Origin: an uncultured Acidobacteriota bacterium
Lineage (GTDB): Bacteria > Acidobacteriota > Thermoanaerobaculia > Multivoradales > UBA5704
Direction of reading: 5' to 3'
DNA length: 64,000 nt
Assembly (NCBI GenBank): GCA_963770895.1
Contig: CAVYRF010000001.1
Location: 1,088,001 to 1,152,000 of the forward strand
Of the stretch, positions 9,327-19,288 are shown piece after piece; within the stretch, counting starts at the first letter, position 1; the number at the start of each line of letters is the position of its first letter. The notes beneath the pieces were generated by a model. That model made no database searches, had not been told where the DNA came from, and was given only the letters and a program-made list of their open reading frames with translations. Made by a program: the position numbers and the translations under genes.

Positions 9327-11477
9327 TTGGCGCCACGCACGCCGCGCCACCTTGGCGGTGGCGCGGGCGATGAGCGCCTGGTGAGCGCGCCGTTTCCCGG
9401 CGCTCTCACGCTGCTCGCGCCGTGCGCCGTGGCGTTGCTGATCGCGGTCACCGCCTACGTCGCCGGCCGCACCCTGACCCGCGCCGTGCCCGCCGCAGGG
9501 GTTCTGGAGGTCGCCGTCCTGTCGCTCTGTGCCGGGTTGCTCCTGCTGGCCCAGCTGGGCCTGGCGCTCGGGCTGTGCGGCTGCCTGGCGCGCGGTCCCG
9601 TGCTGGCGGCGTTCGCCGCGCTGCACCTGCTCGGTCGCCGGGCCTGGCGCGAGCTGCGCTCCGCCTTCGACCATGCCCGCGAGGGGCGCGCCGCTCGCGC
9701 CGCAGCCCTTTCCGGCATGCCGCCTGTCCCCCGGCCCGGCCGGCGGATCCCGCCGCCGGCCGCGGCCGCGGCGGCGGCGCTCGGCGTGACTCTGGCTGCT
9801 GCGATGCTCCTGGCGCTCTACCCGCCGCTCGGCTTCGACGCGACCCTGTATCACCTGCCTTTTGCCAAGGCCTTCGCCGCGACGGGCCGCCTGCCGTTCC
9901 TGCCGGCGCTGCGCTTTCCGGTCTTCCCGCAGCTCGACGAGATGCTGCTGGCGCTCGCCCTGCTGTTGGGCGGCGAGCTCGCTGCGCAGCTGGTCATGAC
10001 GCTCGCGACTCTGCTCACCGTCGCGCTGCTGGTCGCCTGGGGCCGCAGCGCCTTCGGCGAGGCGAGCGGCGCGGGATGGCTTGCCGCCGCCGCCCTGGCC
10101 GGCAATCCGCTGGTCGTCTACCTGGCCGGCAGCGCCTATATCGATGCCGGCCTGGCGCTATGGGTCACCGCCGCCCTCTATTGCCTGCACCGTTTTCGCC
10201 TGGGCGAGCGCCGGCGCCGGTTGCAACCGGCCGCCGTCCATGCCGCCGCCACTGCGCCCGCGGGCGCCGCCGGCGCCGCGCTCGCCGCGGGTGGTCAGGG
10301 CAACGCCGCGGCCGCCGTGGCCGGACAGGAAAGCCCCGCGCCCACCGCGGCCGGGCGCGACCTCCCCGCCGCTTCGCCCCGTCTCACGGGGCGCCGCGAC
10401 GCCGTCGCCTGGGTGGTCCTCGCCGGCGCCTTCGCCGGCGGCGCCGCGGCCGGCAAGTACCTGGGACTCTTCTTTGTCGTCGCCATCGGCGCGATCGTGG
10501 CGTGGACCGACCGCCGCCGGGCGCTCTGGTTTGCCGCCGTCGCGGCCGCGGTCATGGCGCCCTGGTACGGCCGCATCGTCTACTACACCCACAACCCCGT
10601 TTTCCCGTACTTTCCGCAATGGTTCGGCCACTCCCCATGGGACCCGCTGCTCTTCCGTCCGGTCTTGTCGGCCGGCGCGTGGGCGTCCGCCCTGGGCCCC
10701 CACCTGCTGGCGCTCGTTCGCCTGCCCTGGGACCTGTCGTTCGGCTGGCGGTCTGCCGGCGCCGTGGCGCCGCTGTCGCCCGCGTACCTGGCGGCGCTGC
10801 CGCTCCTCGCCGCGGCTCTGGCGCGCGACGCCCGCATCCGCCGCCTGCTGCTGCTGGGCGTCGCCTTCGTCTTCGCCACCCTCTGGCTGCCCCGCGAGCC
10901 GCGCTACGTCGTCGCGGCCCTGCCGCTGCTCAGCATGGCCACCGGCGCCGCGCTCGCACCGGCGCTCGCCGCCGCCGCCGCGCGAGCCCGCCCGGCCGCC
11001 GGGCGGTGGTTCGGCATCGCGCTCTGCGTCGCCCTGCTGCTGCCCGGCTGGCTCTACGGGCTGGATCGCCTGCGCCGCCTGGGCCTGCCGCCGGTCAGCG
11101 CCGAGCAGCGCGACGCCTGGCTGGCCCGGCGTCTGCCGCTCTACCCGGCCCTGCGCTTTCTCAACCGGTCCCGCGGCGCCGCCTACACCGCCTATGGCCT
11201 GCAAGCAGAGAATCTGAAGTACTTCGCCGCCGGCACGCTGCTCGGCGACTGGACGGGTCCGGCCAGCTTCCTGCGCCTGCCCGCCCTGGACGGCGACCCC
11301 GACACCTTCGCCCGCGCCCTGCGCCGCCTGGGCGCCGGCTATCTCATCGTCCCCGCGCCACCCGGCCCGGCAGGCTGCGGCGCCGTCTTGCACCGCCGCT
11401 TCCAGCTCCTCTACGACGACGCGCGCGCCTGCGTCTTCGACCTTGCAGCCGCCGCGCCTCCCGGCGCAGGATCGTAG
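9327..11477 (+). CDS. Polytopic membrane protein, GT-C (ArnT/PMT-like) glycosyltransferase; start may be GTG 9381
   Basis: Many TM helices; FDATLYHLP, SAYIDAG, AGKYLG, PWYGR..THNPVFPY, EPRY. Confidence 0.7.
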   Translation: MAPRTPRHLGGGAGDERLVSAPFPGALTLLAPCAVALLIAVTAYVAGRTLTRAVPAAGVLEVAVLSLCAGLLLLAQLGLALGLCGCLARGPVLAAFAALHLLGRRAWRELRSAFDHAREGRAARAAALSGMPPVPRPGRRIPPPAAAAAAALGVTLAAAMLLALYPPLGFDATLYHLPFAKAFAATGRLPFLPALRFPVFPQLDEMLLALALLLGGELAAQLVMTLATLLTVALLVAWGRSAFGEASGAGWLAAAALAGNPLVVYLAGSAYIDAGLALWVTAALYCLHRFRLGERRRRLQPAAVHAAATAPAGAAGAALAAGGQGNAAAAVAGQESPAPTAAGRDLPAASPRLTGRRDAVAWVVLAGAFAGGAAAGKYLGLFFVVAIGAIVAWTDRRRALWFAAVAAAVMAPWYGRIVYYTHNPVFPYFPQWFGHSPWDPLLFRPVLSAGAWASALGPHLLALVRLPWDLSFGWRSAGAVAPLSPAYLAALPLLAAALARDARIRRLLLLGVAFVFATLWLPREPRYVVAALPLLSMATGAALAPALAAAAARARPAAGRWFGIALCVALLLPGWLYGLDRLRRLGLPPVSAEQRDAWLARRLPLYPALRFLNRSRGAAYTAYGLQAENLKYFAAGTLLGDWTGPASFLRLPALDGDPDTFARALRRLGAGYLIVPAPPGPAGCGAVLHRRFQLLYDDARACVFDLAAAAPPGAGS

Positions 11478-11492
11478 TCACACGGAGACCCC

Positions 11493-12134
11493 ATGACCCC
11501 TGCCGCCTACCAGCACCTCCAGGCATTCCTGTCGCCCGCCGAAGTCGCGCACTTTCGCCAGCTGGTGGACGATCACGCCAGCCTGATGGCCGAGATCCAC
11601 GGCCGCGGCGGCCTCGGCCCCCGCTACAAGGTGATCGACGGCGACCAGATCCGCGACCGCCTGCCGGCCATCGAAGCCCTCGGTCAGCAGCGCGTCCGGC
11701 CGGCCGTCGAACGCTTCGCCGGCGAGCCCCTGGGCGCCTTCGCCAGTCCCCGCCGCGCCCAGCGCGTGCAGGTTTACTCCCGCCGCGACCAGGGCTTTCG
11801 CTGGCACCGTGACGGCCACCCCTACGTCGCCCTGGTCACCCTGGAAAACGGCAACGCCGGCCAAACCCAATTCATCTCCCCAGCCCTCTCCCGCATCCTC
11901 CGCTACCTGATCTATCCGCTCTATCCAGTGCCGCAGCTGTTTTCCCTCCTGCCCCGCAGCGCCGTCACCTGCGACGCCGGCGATCTCCTGATCATGCGCG
12001 GCCGCCTGACCATCCACCGCGGCGTCACCCTTGCCGAAAGCGGCCGCCGCAGCCTCTTCGTCTACGCCTTCGACCGCGCCGGCGAGCACCCCAGCCCCCT
12101 GCGCGACCTCATCGCCCGCAAGCTCAACTACTGA
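11493..12134 (+). CDS. 2OG-Fe(II) oxygenase superfamily protein
   Basis: FRWHRD (HxD)...AGDLLIMRG..TIHRG...GRRS (distal His and 2OG-binding Arg). Confidence 0.8.
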   Translation: MTPAAYQHLQAFLSPAEVAHFRQLVDDHASLMAEIHGRGGLGPRYKVIDGDQIRDRLPAIEALGQQRVRPAVERFAGEPLGAFASPRRAQRVQVYSRRDQGFRWHRDGHPYVALVTLENGNAGQTQFISPALSRILRYLIYPLYPVPQLFSLLPRSAVTCDAGDLLIMRGRLTIHRGVTLAESGRRSLFVYAFDRAGEHPSPLRDLIARKLNY

Positions 12135-12227
12135 CGCCGGCCGAGGGTCGGGGGCTTGTGCAAGCGCGATATGTTGACGTAGCATAGAGAGGTGGCCAGC
12201 CTTCGTGAAACCAATAAGGAAACCGAG

Positions 12228-13139
12228 ATGACCGTCCGCCGGTTGCTCATCGCTTCTCTCGCTCCGTTCCTGGCCCTCACCGGCGCCGCTGCGCCCGTAG
12301 CGGCCCAGAACGTGCTGGTCAATCCGACCTTCGACACCAACCTCTCCGGCTGGACGATCGGCACCGACTCCGTCACCGTCACCTGGGACGGCACCCGCGA
12401 CGCAGACAGTTCCACGACCTCCGGTTCGGCCAGGACGGTCTGGGCGGCATCCACCGTGACCGGCAACTACGAGGCGTTCACGCAGTGTGTCAACGTCGAC
12501 CAGAGCGTCAACTACCGCTTCGGCGGCAAGGCGTTCATCCCCAGCGGCCAGGCCCTCGCCGGCCAGGCATACTTCCTCGCCGTACCGTTCAACCAGAGCA
12601 ACTGCCAGGGCGCGCCGCCACCCTCCGCCGCCGTCAGCACGCCCGCCGTCACCGCGCTCGACCAATGGACCGAGACGCTCGGAACCATCACCCCGATCGG
12701 GAGCTCGATCCTCATCGGCGCCTACCTGTCGGTGCCCGCCGGCGGCACCTTCACCGCCAACTACGACGACCTCCTGCTCGAGCCGGTCACCACCGGCTGC
12801 ATCGCCGACGGCCAGACCCTCTGCCTCACCGGCGGCCGCTTCCAGGTCACCGCCACCTACAACGCCGGCGGCAGCCTGGCCGGCCAGGCGCAGGTCGTAC
12901 CCGCGGGCGACAGCGGCCTCCTATGGTTCTTCAGCTCGACCAACATCGAAGCCGTCGTCAAGGTGATCGACGGCTGTGCCGCGGGAGGCCATTTCTGGTT
13001 CTTTGCCGGCGGTCTCACCAACGTCCAAGTCGTCCTCTCCGTCGTCGACACCCGGACCGGCGCCGTCAGGACCTACACCAACCCTCAGGGCACCGCCTTC
13101 GCCCCGATCCAGGACACCGCCGCCTTTCCCTGTCCGTGA
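12228..13139 (+). CDS. Secreted protein: carbohydrate-binding-like beta-sandwich plus conserved Cys-containing C-terminal domain
   Basis: SD AAGGA; signal peptide ending AAQ; NVLVNPTFD..LSGW; C-terminal CIADGQTLCLTGGRF...WFFSSTNIEAVVKVIDGC...FWFFAGGLTNV...IQDTAAFPCP. Confidence 0.75.
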   Translation: MTVRRLLIASLAPFLALTGAAAPVAAQNVLVNPTFDTNLSGWTIGTDSVTVTWDGTRDADSSTTSGSARTVWAASTVTGNYEAFTQCVNVDQSVNYRFGGKAFIPSGQALAGQAYFLAVPFNQSNCQGAPPPSAAVSTPAVTALDQWTETLGTITPIGSSILIGAYLSVPAGGTFTANYDDLLLEPVTTGCIADGQTLCLTGGRFQVTATYNAGGSLAGQAQVVPAGDSGLLWFFSSTNIEAVVKVIDGCAAGGHFWFFAGGLTNVQVVLSVVDTRTGAVRTYTNPQGTAFAPIQDTAAFPCP

Positions 13140-13307
13140 GGGTGCCCATGGGCGAAGCTCGCGGTGTCTGCCCCCGCGCCGCCTCCGCGGCAGGTCGAGA
13201 GGAAGACCAGCGGCAGCGGCTGGCCAGTCTCCCCGCAGGCGACCGCGCGCCAGGTCGCCGGCGACGTCCTGGCAGGGAGACCGGCGCCGAGGGAAGAGCT
13301 GGCTGCC

Positions 13308-13460
13308 GCCCGAGCGCGCACCGCGGGCTCAGGGTTTGGCGAGTGCGCGGTTGCGTGGGCAATGGTCCTGGTGGGGCAGGCGGATGGATCTGGCGCTATT
13401 GGCCGGAGTGAGAATCGCACGGGGGCCGTGGTGTGCGCGAGGCAAACGGATCGAAGGAAT
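13308..13460. repeat. ~153-bp dispersed intergenic repeat, copy 1
   Basis: GCCCGAGCGCGCACCGCGGGCTCAGGGT...GCACGGGGGCCGTGGTG.GCGCGAGGCAAA aligns by eye with 20727-20880, same orientation. Confidence 0.9.
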
Positions 13461-13474
13461 TTGGCTCAAGCGAG

Positions 13475-14818
13475 ATGCTGATGCTCGATTTTCATCGTGT
13501 CTTCTGCGTTGCAGTTGCTCTATTCGCCAGTGTGGCGGTGCCTGCGGACACGCAGTCCTCGCCCGGTGCATTCGTTCCGCTGTCGCAACATCTCGCGTCG
13601 GTGAGCAGCTCCCGCTATGCCGACCTGGTCAACTCTCCTCAGTTTGCCGTTGCAAGCGAAGCTGACTTTGAGGGCATGCGGGCGCATCTTCTGGCTCAAT
13701 ATCAAGGCGTGACGGCGGTCCATAGCTTCCTGCTCGGTGGCCGGTACGTCGATTGTATTCCCGTCATGCAGCAGCCCTCGGTTCGGCAGCTCGGCATCAC
13801 GACGCTCGCGCCGCCGCCGCTGTCGCCGGCTCAGAACGAGCTGCCCTCTGGTGAGAGCTTCGAGCCGCTGCTGACTCGCGGTCTCAGCGATTCGTTCGGC
13901 AATGCGATGCGTTGCGACGACGGGTCCATCCCGATGCCACGGGTGGGTCTTGAGGATCTGGTCCGGTTTCCCTCTCTCCACGCGTTCCTTGCGAAGAATC
14001 CTCCTCCCCCGACGACGCCGATCACCTGTCCAGCGGACTACCGCTATGCCGTGGGGCAGGTCGGTGCGCAGGTGCCGTTTTACGGAGCCTTGACGACGCT
14101 TTCGATCTGGTACCCGTCGATCGATCGGAGCTATGGGCCCCACCAGCATTCACTGTCTCAAATATGGGTGGAGGGGACGTCCTCGACCCAACCCTTGCAA
14201 ACCGTGGAGGTCGGGTGGACTGTCGATCCCAGCCGGACCGGCACGACCGCGGCAACACTTTTTGTGTACTGGACTTCGACCGATTACCAAAGCGACGGTT
14301 GCTATGACTTGAACTGTGCGGGCTTCGTGCAGACGAGCAGCCGTTGGGTGCTGGGCGCCCCCAACTGGCCAGGCCCCAGCGTCTCTGGCAAGCCGCGGGA
14401 GCAGGTATCCATCGGCCCGGTGCAATGGACATTGTCGGACGGCAATTGGTGGCTTTCCATCGGCTTCTGTTCGCCGTCGCAAAGCTCAAACTGTACGATT
14501 GGGTACTATCCGGGCAGCATTTACCGAGGCGGCCAGCTGGCTCACCATGCCACCGTCCTGCGGTTTGGCGGTGAGGTCTACTCTCCCACCCCGCCGGCAT
14601 TCTCCCAAATGGGGAGCGGCGCCTTGGCAAGCGCCGGCGGCGACTCCGCGGCATCTCAAAGCGGTGTTTGGTACATCGATGCTGCGGGCAGTCTTATGCC
14701 AGCAAACCTCAGCCTCGTAAAGTGCAACACCAGCTCCGCGTGCTTCACCTTTGCGTGCATCAACAGCGACTGCAGTTCCTTTTACTTCGGTGGCCCAGGT
14801 GGCGCCTCTTGTCCCTAG
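13475..14818 (+). CDS. Neprosin-family (glutamic) prolyl endopeptidase with pro-domain
   Basis: Signal peptide; pro-domain VDCIP..QQPS; HSLSQIWV, VEVGW (Glu), LFVYWT, GCYDLNCAGFVQ, IGYYP, FGGEV (Glu), MGSG. Confidence 0.88.
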   Translation: MLMLDFHRVFCVAVALFASVAVPADTQSSPGAFVPLSQHLASVSSSRYADLVNSPQFAVASEADFEGMRAHLLAQYQGVTAVHSFLLGGRYVDCIPVMQQPSVRQLGITTLAPPPLSPAQNELPSGESFEPLLTRGLSDSFGNAMRCDDGSIPMPRVGLEDLVRFPSLHAFLAKNPPPPTTPITCPADYRYAVGQVGAQVPFYGALTTLSIWYPSIDRSYGPHQHSLSQIWVEGTSSTQPLQTVEVGWTVDPSRTGTTAATLFVYWTSTDYQSDGCYDLNCAGFVQTSSRWVLGAPNWPGPSVSGKPREQVSIGPVQWTLSDGNWWLSIGFCSPSQSSNCTIGYYPGSIYRGGQLAHHATVLRFGGEVYSPTPPAFSQMGSGALASAGGDSAASQSGVWYIDAAGSLMPANLSLVKCNTSSACFTFACINSDCSSFYFGGPGGASCP

Positions 14819-15035
14819 TATTACTCCGTTAAGTCGATGTTGCCAATGAGCCGATTCGAGCGTACGATGGCGGCATGGACTCGCGGGCGTTGGCCTCGGC
14901 AGAGAGCCGGTTGCAGGCGTTCCTCGCAGATAAAGTGGCGCTCCTTGGGCGCGCGGAGGATGTAGCAGCTCGGCACTGTGCAAGCGTGAGTTCAGCGACA
15001 GAGGGGACCACCAGGCACGCCGCTCAGCGTGAAGA

Positions 15036-15518
15036 TCACCCGGCTCTCGCGAGTGCGATCCAAACCAATGCCATCGCTGCCATCACGCCGCAATTCGCCC
15101 ACCCAGACCACTTTGCCAGGTCGACAGGCATCGAGATCGGCGGAATCGGGGTTGTATCGGAGTCCTCGCAAAGTAGGGCATGCCGCGCAGCCTCAAGGTG
15201 ATCCCGGGAGCTTTCAGAGAAAATCGCCATCTTGGCGCTCGTGATGGAGGTAAGAACAGTCTGCAGGACGAAGACGATTGCAATTGCGTGGCTATGCTTA
15301 AGTGGTCTATCATGACTTACAATCAAAGCAATGCCAGCAATGTCGAATGTCAGAAAGACCGTGTAAAATTTCAGCCAAAGATCCCAACACGTGCGGAAGT
15401 TGGTGTTGACCTCTTCGTATTGCTTTTGCAGTAGCCAAGTTCGGCTGCTGGCACCACGGTCGGAAGGGTTCGCTAACATGAAATCCTCTCCGAAGTGCAA
15501 TTGGTCTGCACCTAGCAT
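15036..15518 (-). CDS. Small membrane protein (about 3 TM), function unknown
   Basis: Lower-GC ORF with hydrophobic segments WLKFYTVFLTFDIAGIALIV, AIAIVFVLQTVL, GVMAAMALVWIAL. Confidence 0.6.
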   Translation of the reverse strand: MLGADQLHFGEDFMLANPSDRGASSRTWLLQKQYEEVNTNFRTCWDLWLKFYTVFLTFDIAGIALIVSHDRPLKHSHAIAIVFVLQTVLTSITSAKMAIFSESSRDHLEAARHALLCEDSDTTPIPPISMPVDLAKWSGWANCGVMAAMALVWIALARAG

Positions 15519-15929
15519 GATCTAGTAAGTTCAACTACGAAGTATCGCTCCAAGCTCTTTGGCCGTCAAGAATATCTAGCCTCATCAATAGGTTCACTTC
15601 CCACGGGCCGCTCAACAGCAGGCCGACCGCGCGGGTGCTCTTCGCGCCCGGCCGCGACGCGCCCAGAGCGCGGCGAGCAGGAGCAGGGCGAGCGCCGGTA
15701 GCGGGCCGGCCCCCTACCCCAGGCAGACGTAGGCCGACGGGAGGAGCAGCGTGCCGCCCGCCCAGGAACCTCCGCCTCGCACTGGGCGCGGCGCGCGGCG
15801 GCGAGAAGGATGCCGGCGATCCCCAGCAGCACGAGAGCGGTGACCACCGTCCCCAGACGGGGACTGGCCCCCCCCAGAACAGCCGCAGCGCTGCGAGCGC
15901 ATCTCGCTCGATCCCCTCGGCCGATAAAA

Positions 15930-16115
15930 TCGCTCCCCGGCCAGCGCCTTCACCTCCGCTGTCCGACCCGCGGTCAGGTCGATCACCGCAAGCGCGAGCT
16001 AAACGACCGCCGCTTCGAGGGCATCGCGCCTCTCGACCAGGTCGTCCCGCACCTCCGCCAGTTCCGCTCGCGCCTCCTTTCCTGGCCCTCATCCACACGC
16101 GCGCTCAGCCGGTGG
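15930..16115 (-). pseudogene. Relic of the C-terminus of a TPR-like helical protein
   Basis: Manual translation RLSARVDEGQER / EARAELAEVRDDLVERRDALEAAVV*LALAVIDLTAGRTAEVKALAGE with a frameshift and in-frame TAG. Confidence 0.45.
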
Positions 16116-16186
16116 GTGTCCTCACAGTGTGTTGGTGTCTCCGCCGTTAATTCGTGTATGCTGCATTTCAACCTACCGTGGAGGAG

Positions 16187-16495
16187 ATGAAAATGAGGAA
16201 AGCTTTGATCAGTTTCGTCTTGAGTGCGGCGGTCTTTTCCTTTGCGCATGCTGCTCTTGCGGCTAACGCGGGGGTGGGAGCGGCTGCCGCCGTTTCGGCG
16301 AACGTGGCTGCGAAGGGGCCGTCTGCTGCGGCGGAGCCGCAGGCCGCCGGCTTTACAAGGTGGCTGAGCACCGGGAGCGTCAAGCTCCCTCCCACCCAAC
16401 CGGACAGTTTTTGCCAGTTTTGCGCTGCCCATGACGCTTCCTGCTGCTCGTCCGGGGAGCTGTCTCAGAACTACATTACTTGGTACTGCTGCTAG
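16187..16495 (+). CDS. Small secreted Cys-rich peptide (signal, Ala-rich pro-region, 6-Cys C-terminus)
   Basis: SD GGAGGAG before ATG; MKMRKALISFVLSAAVFSFAHA signal; ends DSFCQFCAAHDASCCSSGELSQNYITWYCC. Confidence 0.8.
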   Translation: MKMRKALISFVLSAAVFSFAHAALAANAGVGAAAAVSANVAAKGPSAAAEPQAAGFTRWLSTGSVKLPPTQPDSFCQFCAAHDASCCSSGELSQNYITWYCC

Positions 16496-16768
16496 CCGAA
16501 GCCTAGGGTCTCACCGCCGTCTCGCCCTGTTCCTGACGCGGGACGAGACGGCGGAGTTGCTGGGAGGCCCGCCGGCCCCTGGCGGGATGGGGTGCCGGCG
16601 GCATGTGCGGTGGGACACCCGCCGCGGAGGCCACGCCGTGGCGCGATCCCGGTCATCGGCTGTTCCTCCCCCTTGCCGCGACCTGGCAGCCCGACGCACC
16701 GCGGCCCGCGAGCCGCGGTCCTCGCCCTTCGCGCAGCGCCGCAAGCGGCGAGCTGGTATCCTGGAAAA

Positions 16769-18859
16769 ATGACAGCCATCACTCGGCGTGCATTCATTGG
16801 CCTGGCGGCAGCCTTCGGCGCGACCGCTGCTTGGGGCCGTTCCACCGGCACCGCGTCGCGGAGTGCGTGGAAGGAGCGGCGCAACCTCTATCCCGAGGGC
16901 GTCGCTTCGGGCGATCCCGATTCCCATAGCGTGCTGCTGTGGACCCGACGACCGCCGTCCGCCAGCGCCGCAACGGTCACGCACCTGACCGTGGAGGTGG
17001 CCGAGGACGAGGGCTTCCACCACGTTGTGGCGACGGCGCAAACGCCGATCTCGGCGGCGTCGGATTGGACCTGCCGGGTGCTGGTGGGCGGCCTGCAGCC
17101 GGCGCGGGTCTACTGGTACCGCTTCACCGACCCTTCAGGGTGGGGCAGCCGTGTCGGGCGCACGCTGACCGCGCCGTCCGACGACGATGGGCGCCCGGTG
17201 CGCTTCGTCTTCGTCAGCTGTCAGAACGCCAACGACGGCGCGCAGAACGCCTACCGGCGCATGATCCACGAGGACGAGCGGGCGCCCGAGGGCGAGCGCA
17301 TCGGCTTCGTGCTGCACCTCGGCGACTTCATTTACGAGATCGTGTGGTACCCCGAGGACCGGCCTCAGGGCATGTACGACCGGCGGGTGCGCGACCTGGT
17401 GCGTTATCCGCACGGCGAAAAGATCCACGACTTCCACGTCCCGACGACGCTCGACGACTACCGCGCCGTCTATCGCGCCTATCTCGCCGATCCCGACCTG
17501 CAGGATGCCCGCGCCCGCTGGCCGTTCGTCAACATGTGGGACAACCACGAGTTCAGCTGGCAGGGCTGGCAGGCCATCCAGCGCTTCGACGGCCAGAATC
17601 GCCCGGCGCAGACCCGCAAGGTGGCGGCCAACCAGGCGTTCTTCGAGTTCCAGCCGGCGCGCCTGGTGCGGCCGGGAGCGGCTCCCACCGAGAAGCTGGA
17701 GCGCTTCGAGGCGCCGCCGGTCGCCGATGTACCGGTCGAGCGTTTCGACGGCCACGGTATGGGCCAGGAGCCCAACAACCTGGCGGCCATTCACAGCCTG
17801 ACCGGCTATCGGGCGCTGCGCTGGGGGCGTCACGTCGAGCTGATCGTCACCGATCAGCGCAGCTACCGCTCCGAGGATCAGACCAGCCGCACCGAGGCGC
17901 ACGCCTTCGACAGTCCGGACTTCCCGCAGCTGGTGCCGGTCGAGGCGCTGGAGATGATGGATGGCTGCCGTGCCTACAACGGTGGCCGGCCGCCGGCGTC
18001 GCTGCCGTACGGCGGCGCCCGGGTGGCCAATTTCTGCCGCGATCTGCCGCCGCAGACCATCCTGGGGGCTGAGCAGCTGGCCTGGTTTCTCGACCGCCTG
18101 CGCGGCTCCCGCGCCACTTGGAAGGTCTGGGGCAACACCACGGCGACGCTCGATGCGCGCGCCGATCCGCAGAACCTGCCGCCGGGTGTGGCCAAGCAAC
18201 CGTGGCCGGGCGCCGCCTATGGCGCCATGAACATGGGCGACCACGGCAACGCCTTCGTGGAGCGCGGGCAGATCTACGACTTCGTGCGGACCCACGGCAT
18301 CACCGGCTTCGCCACAGTGGCCGGCGACCGCCACAGCTTCTGGGCAGGCCTGGCGGCGAAGGCCCTGCCGCCGCAGGCGTTCGAGCCGGTGGGCATCGCC
18401 TTCGTCACCGGCTCCATCTCGGCGCCGGGACTGGTCGAGGCGCTGGAGCACAACCTCGCCAAGGACCACCCGCTGCGCGCCCTTTACGTCGGCCAGGGAC
18501 CGCAGGACGCGCGGCCGCAGCCGACCCTCAACCTGCTGCTGCGCCACGGCGTGCGCGCCTGCCTCGAATACGCGCGCAGCGGCGACATCGCCAAGGCGCG
18601 GGCGCTGTCCAACCGCGAGCTGGCGCCGCACCTGGCGTTCGTCGATATGGGCGGCCACGGCTACTCGGTGGTGCGGGCGGCCGCCGACGCGCTGGAGACC
18701 GAGTTCGTCTGCATCCCGCGGCCGGTGGAGCGCGCCGCCCGCCCGGACGGCGGCCCCTTGAGCTATCGCGTCGTGCACCGCACGCCGCTGTGGCAGGCCG
18801 GCGAGACGCCGCGCCTGGAGCAACGCATCGTCGAGGGCGACCCGCGGTTCTCGGTGTAG
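16769..18859 (+). CDS. phoD: Alkaline phosphatase D family protein, Tat-exported
   Basis: TRRAFIG Tat motif; GVASGDP, LHLGDFIYE, WDNHE, QTILGAEQ, GDRH. Confidence 0.93.
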   Translation: MTAITRRAFIGLAAAFGATAAWGRSTGTASRSAWKERRNLYPEGVASGDPDSHSVLLWTRRPPSASAATVTHLTVEVAEDEGFHHVVATAQTPISAASDWTCRVLVGGLQPARVYWYRFTDPSGWGSRVGRTLTAPSDDDGRPVRFVFVSCQNANDGAQNAYRRMIHEDERAPEGERIGFVLHLGDFIYEIVWYPEDRPQGMYDRRVRDLVRYPHGEKIHDFHVPTTLDDYRAVYRAYLADPDLQDARARWPFVNMWDNHEFSWQGWQAIQRFDGQNRPAQTRKVAANQAFFEFQPARLVRPGAAPTEKLERFEAPPVADVPVERFDGHGMGQEPNNLAAIHSLTGYRALRWGRHVELIVTDQRSYRSEDQTSRTEAHAFDSPDFPQLVPVEALEMMDGCRAYNGGRPPASLPYGGARVANFCRDLPPQTILGAEQLAWFLDRLRGSRATWKVWGNTTATLDARADPQNLPPGVAKQPWPGAAYGAMNMGDHGNAFVERGQIYDFVRTHGITGFATVAGDRHSFWAGLAAKALPPQAFEPVGIAFVTGSISAPGLVEALEHNLAKDHPLRALYVGQGPQDARPQPTLNLLLRHGVRACLEYARSGDIAKARALSNRELAPHLAFVDMGGHGYSVVRAAADALETEFVCIPRPVERAARPDGGPLSYRVVHRTPLWQAGETPRLEQRIVEGDPRFSV

Positions 18860-19288
18860 AGCGGCGGGCACGAGAGGCGGCGGGTCGCCCGCGGGCGGCC
18901 CTGGGGCAGCCGCGGCGCGATCCGGTTCGGTGCGGGTTACGCGGTATGGAAGATGCGGTCGTCGCACTCGGTCGCCTTCGTCATGGCAATGCCGTTGATT
19001 GGCACCCCCGGCGGCCCCCCTGGCACCCAGCTTGACCTGGCTCCAGCGGCGAGACGCCCGGAGCTTCCGGACCAGGAGCTTCACGCCCTCAGGCTCCATC
19101 CTCCACATCGTGCCCGGTTCCCCCATGGTTGGTGCACATTCTCTGACGTATGAGGTAACTTTCTTCACCACCCTTGGCGCTCCAGCGGGCGACCACCTCC
19201 GGCCGGCTGCCCCCCGACAGGAGCCTACCCACGACTCGGTGCTATTGTGCGTATATACGTTTATGAGATTTTGAGACCGGAGGCCCAG

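Noticed and set aside
11493-12134. BesD-like radical halogenase
   Set aside because: Has HxD (HRD); halogenases replace the carboxylate with Gly or Ala
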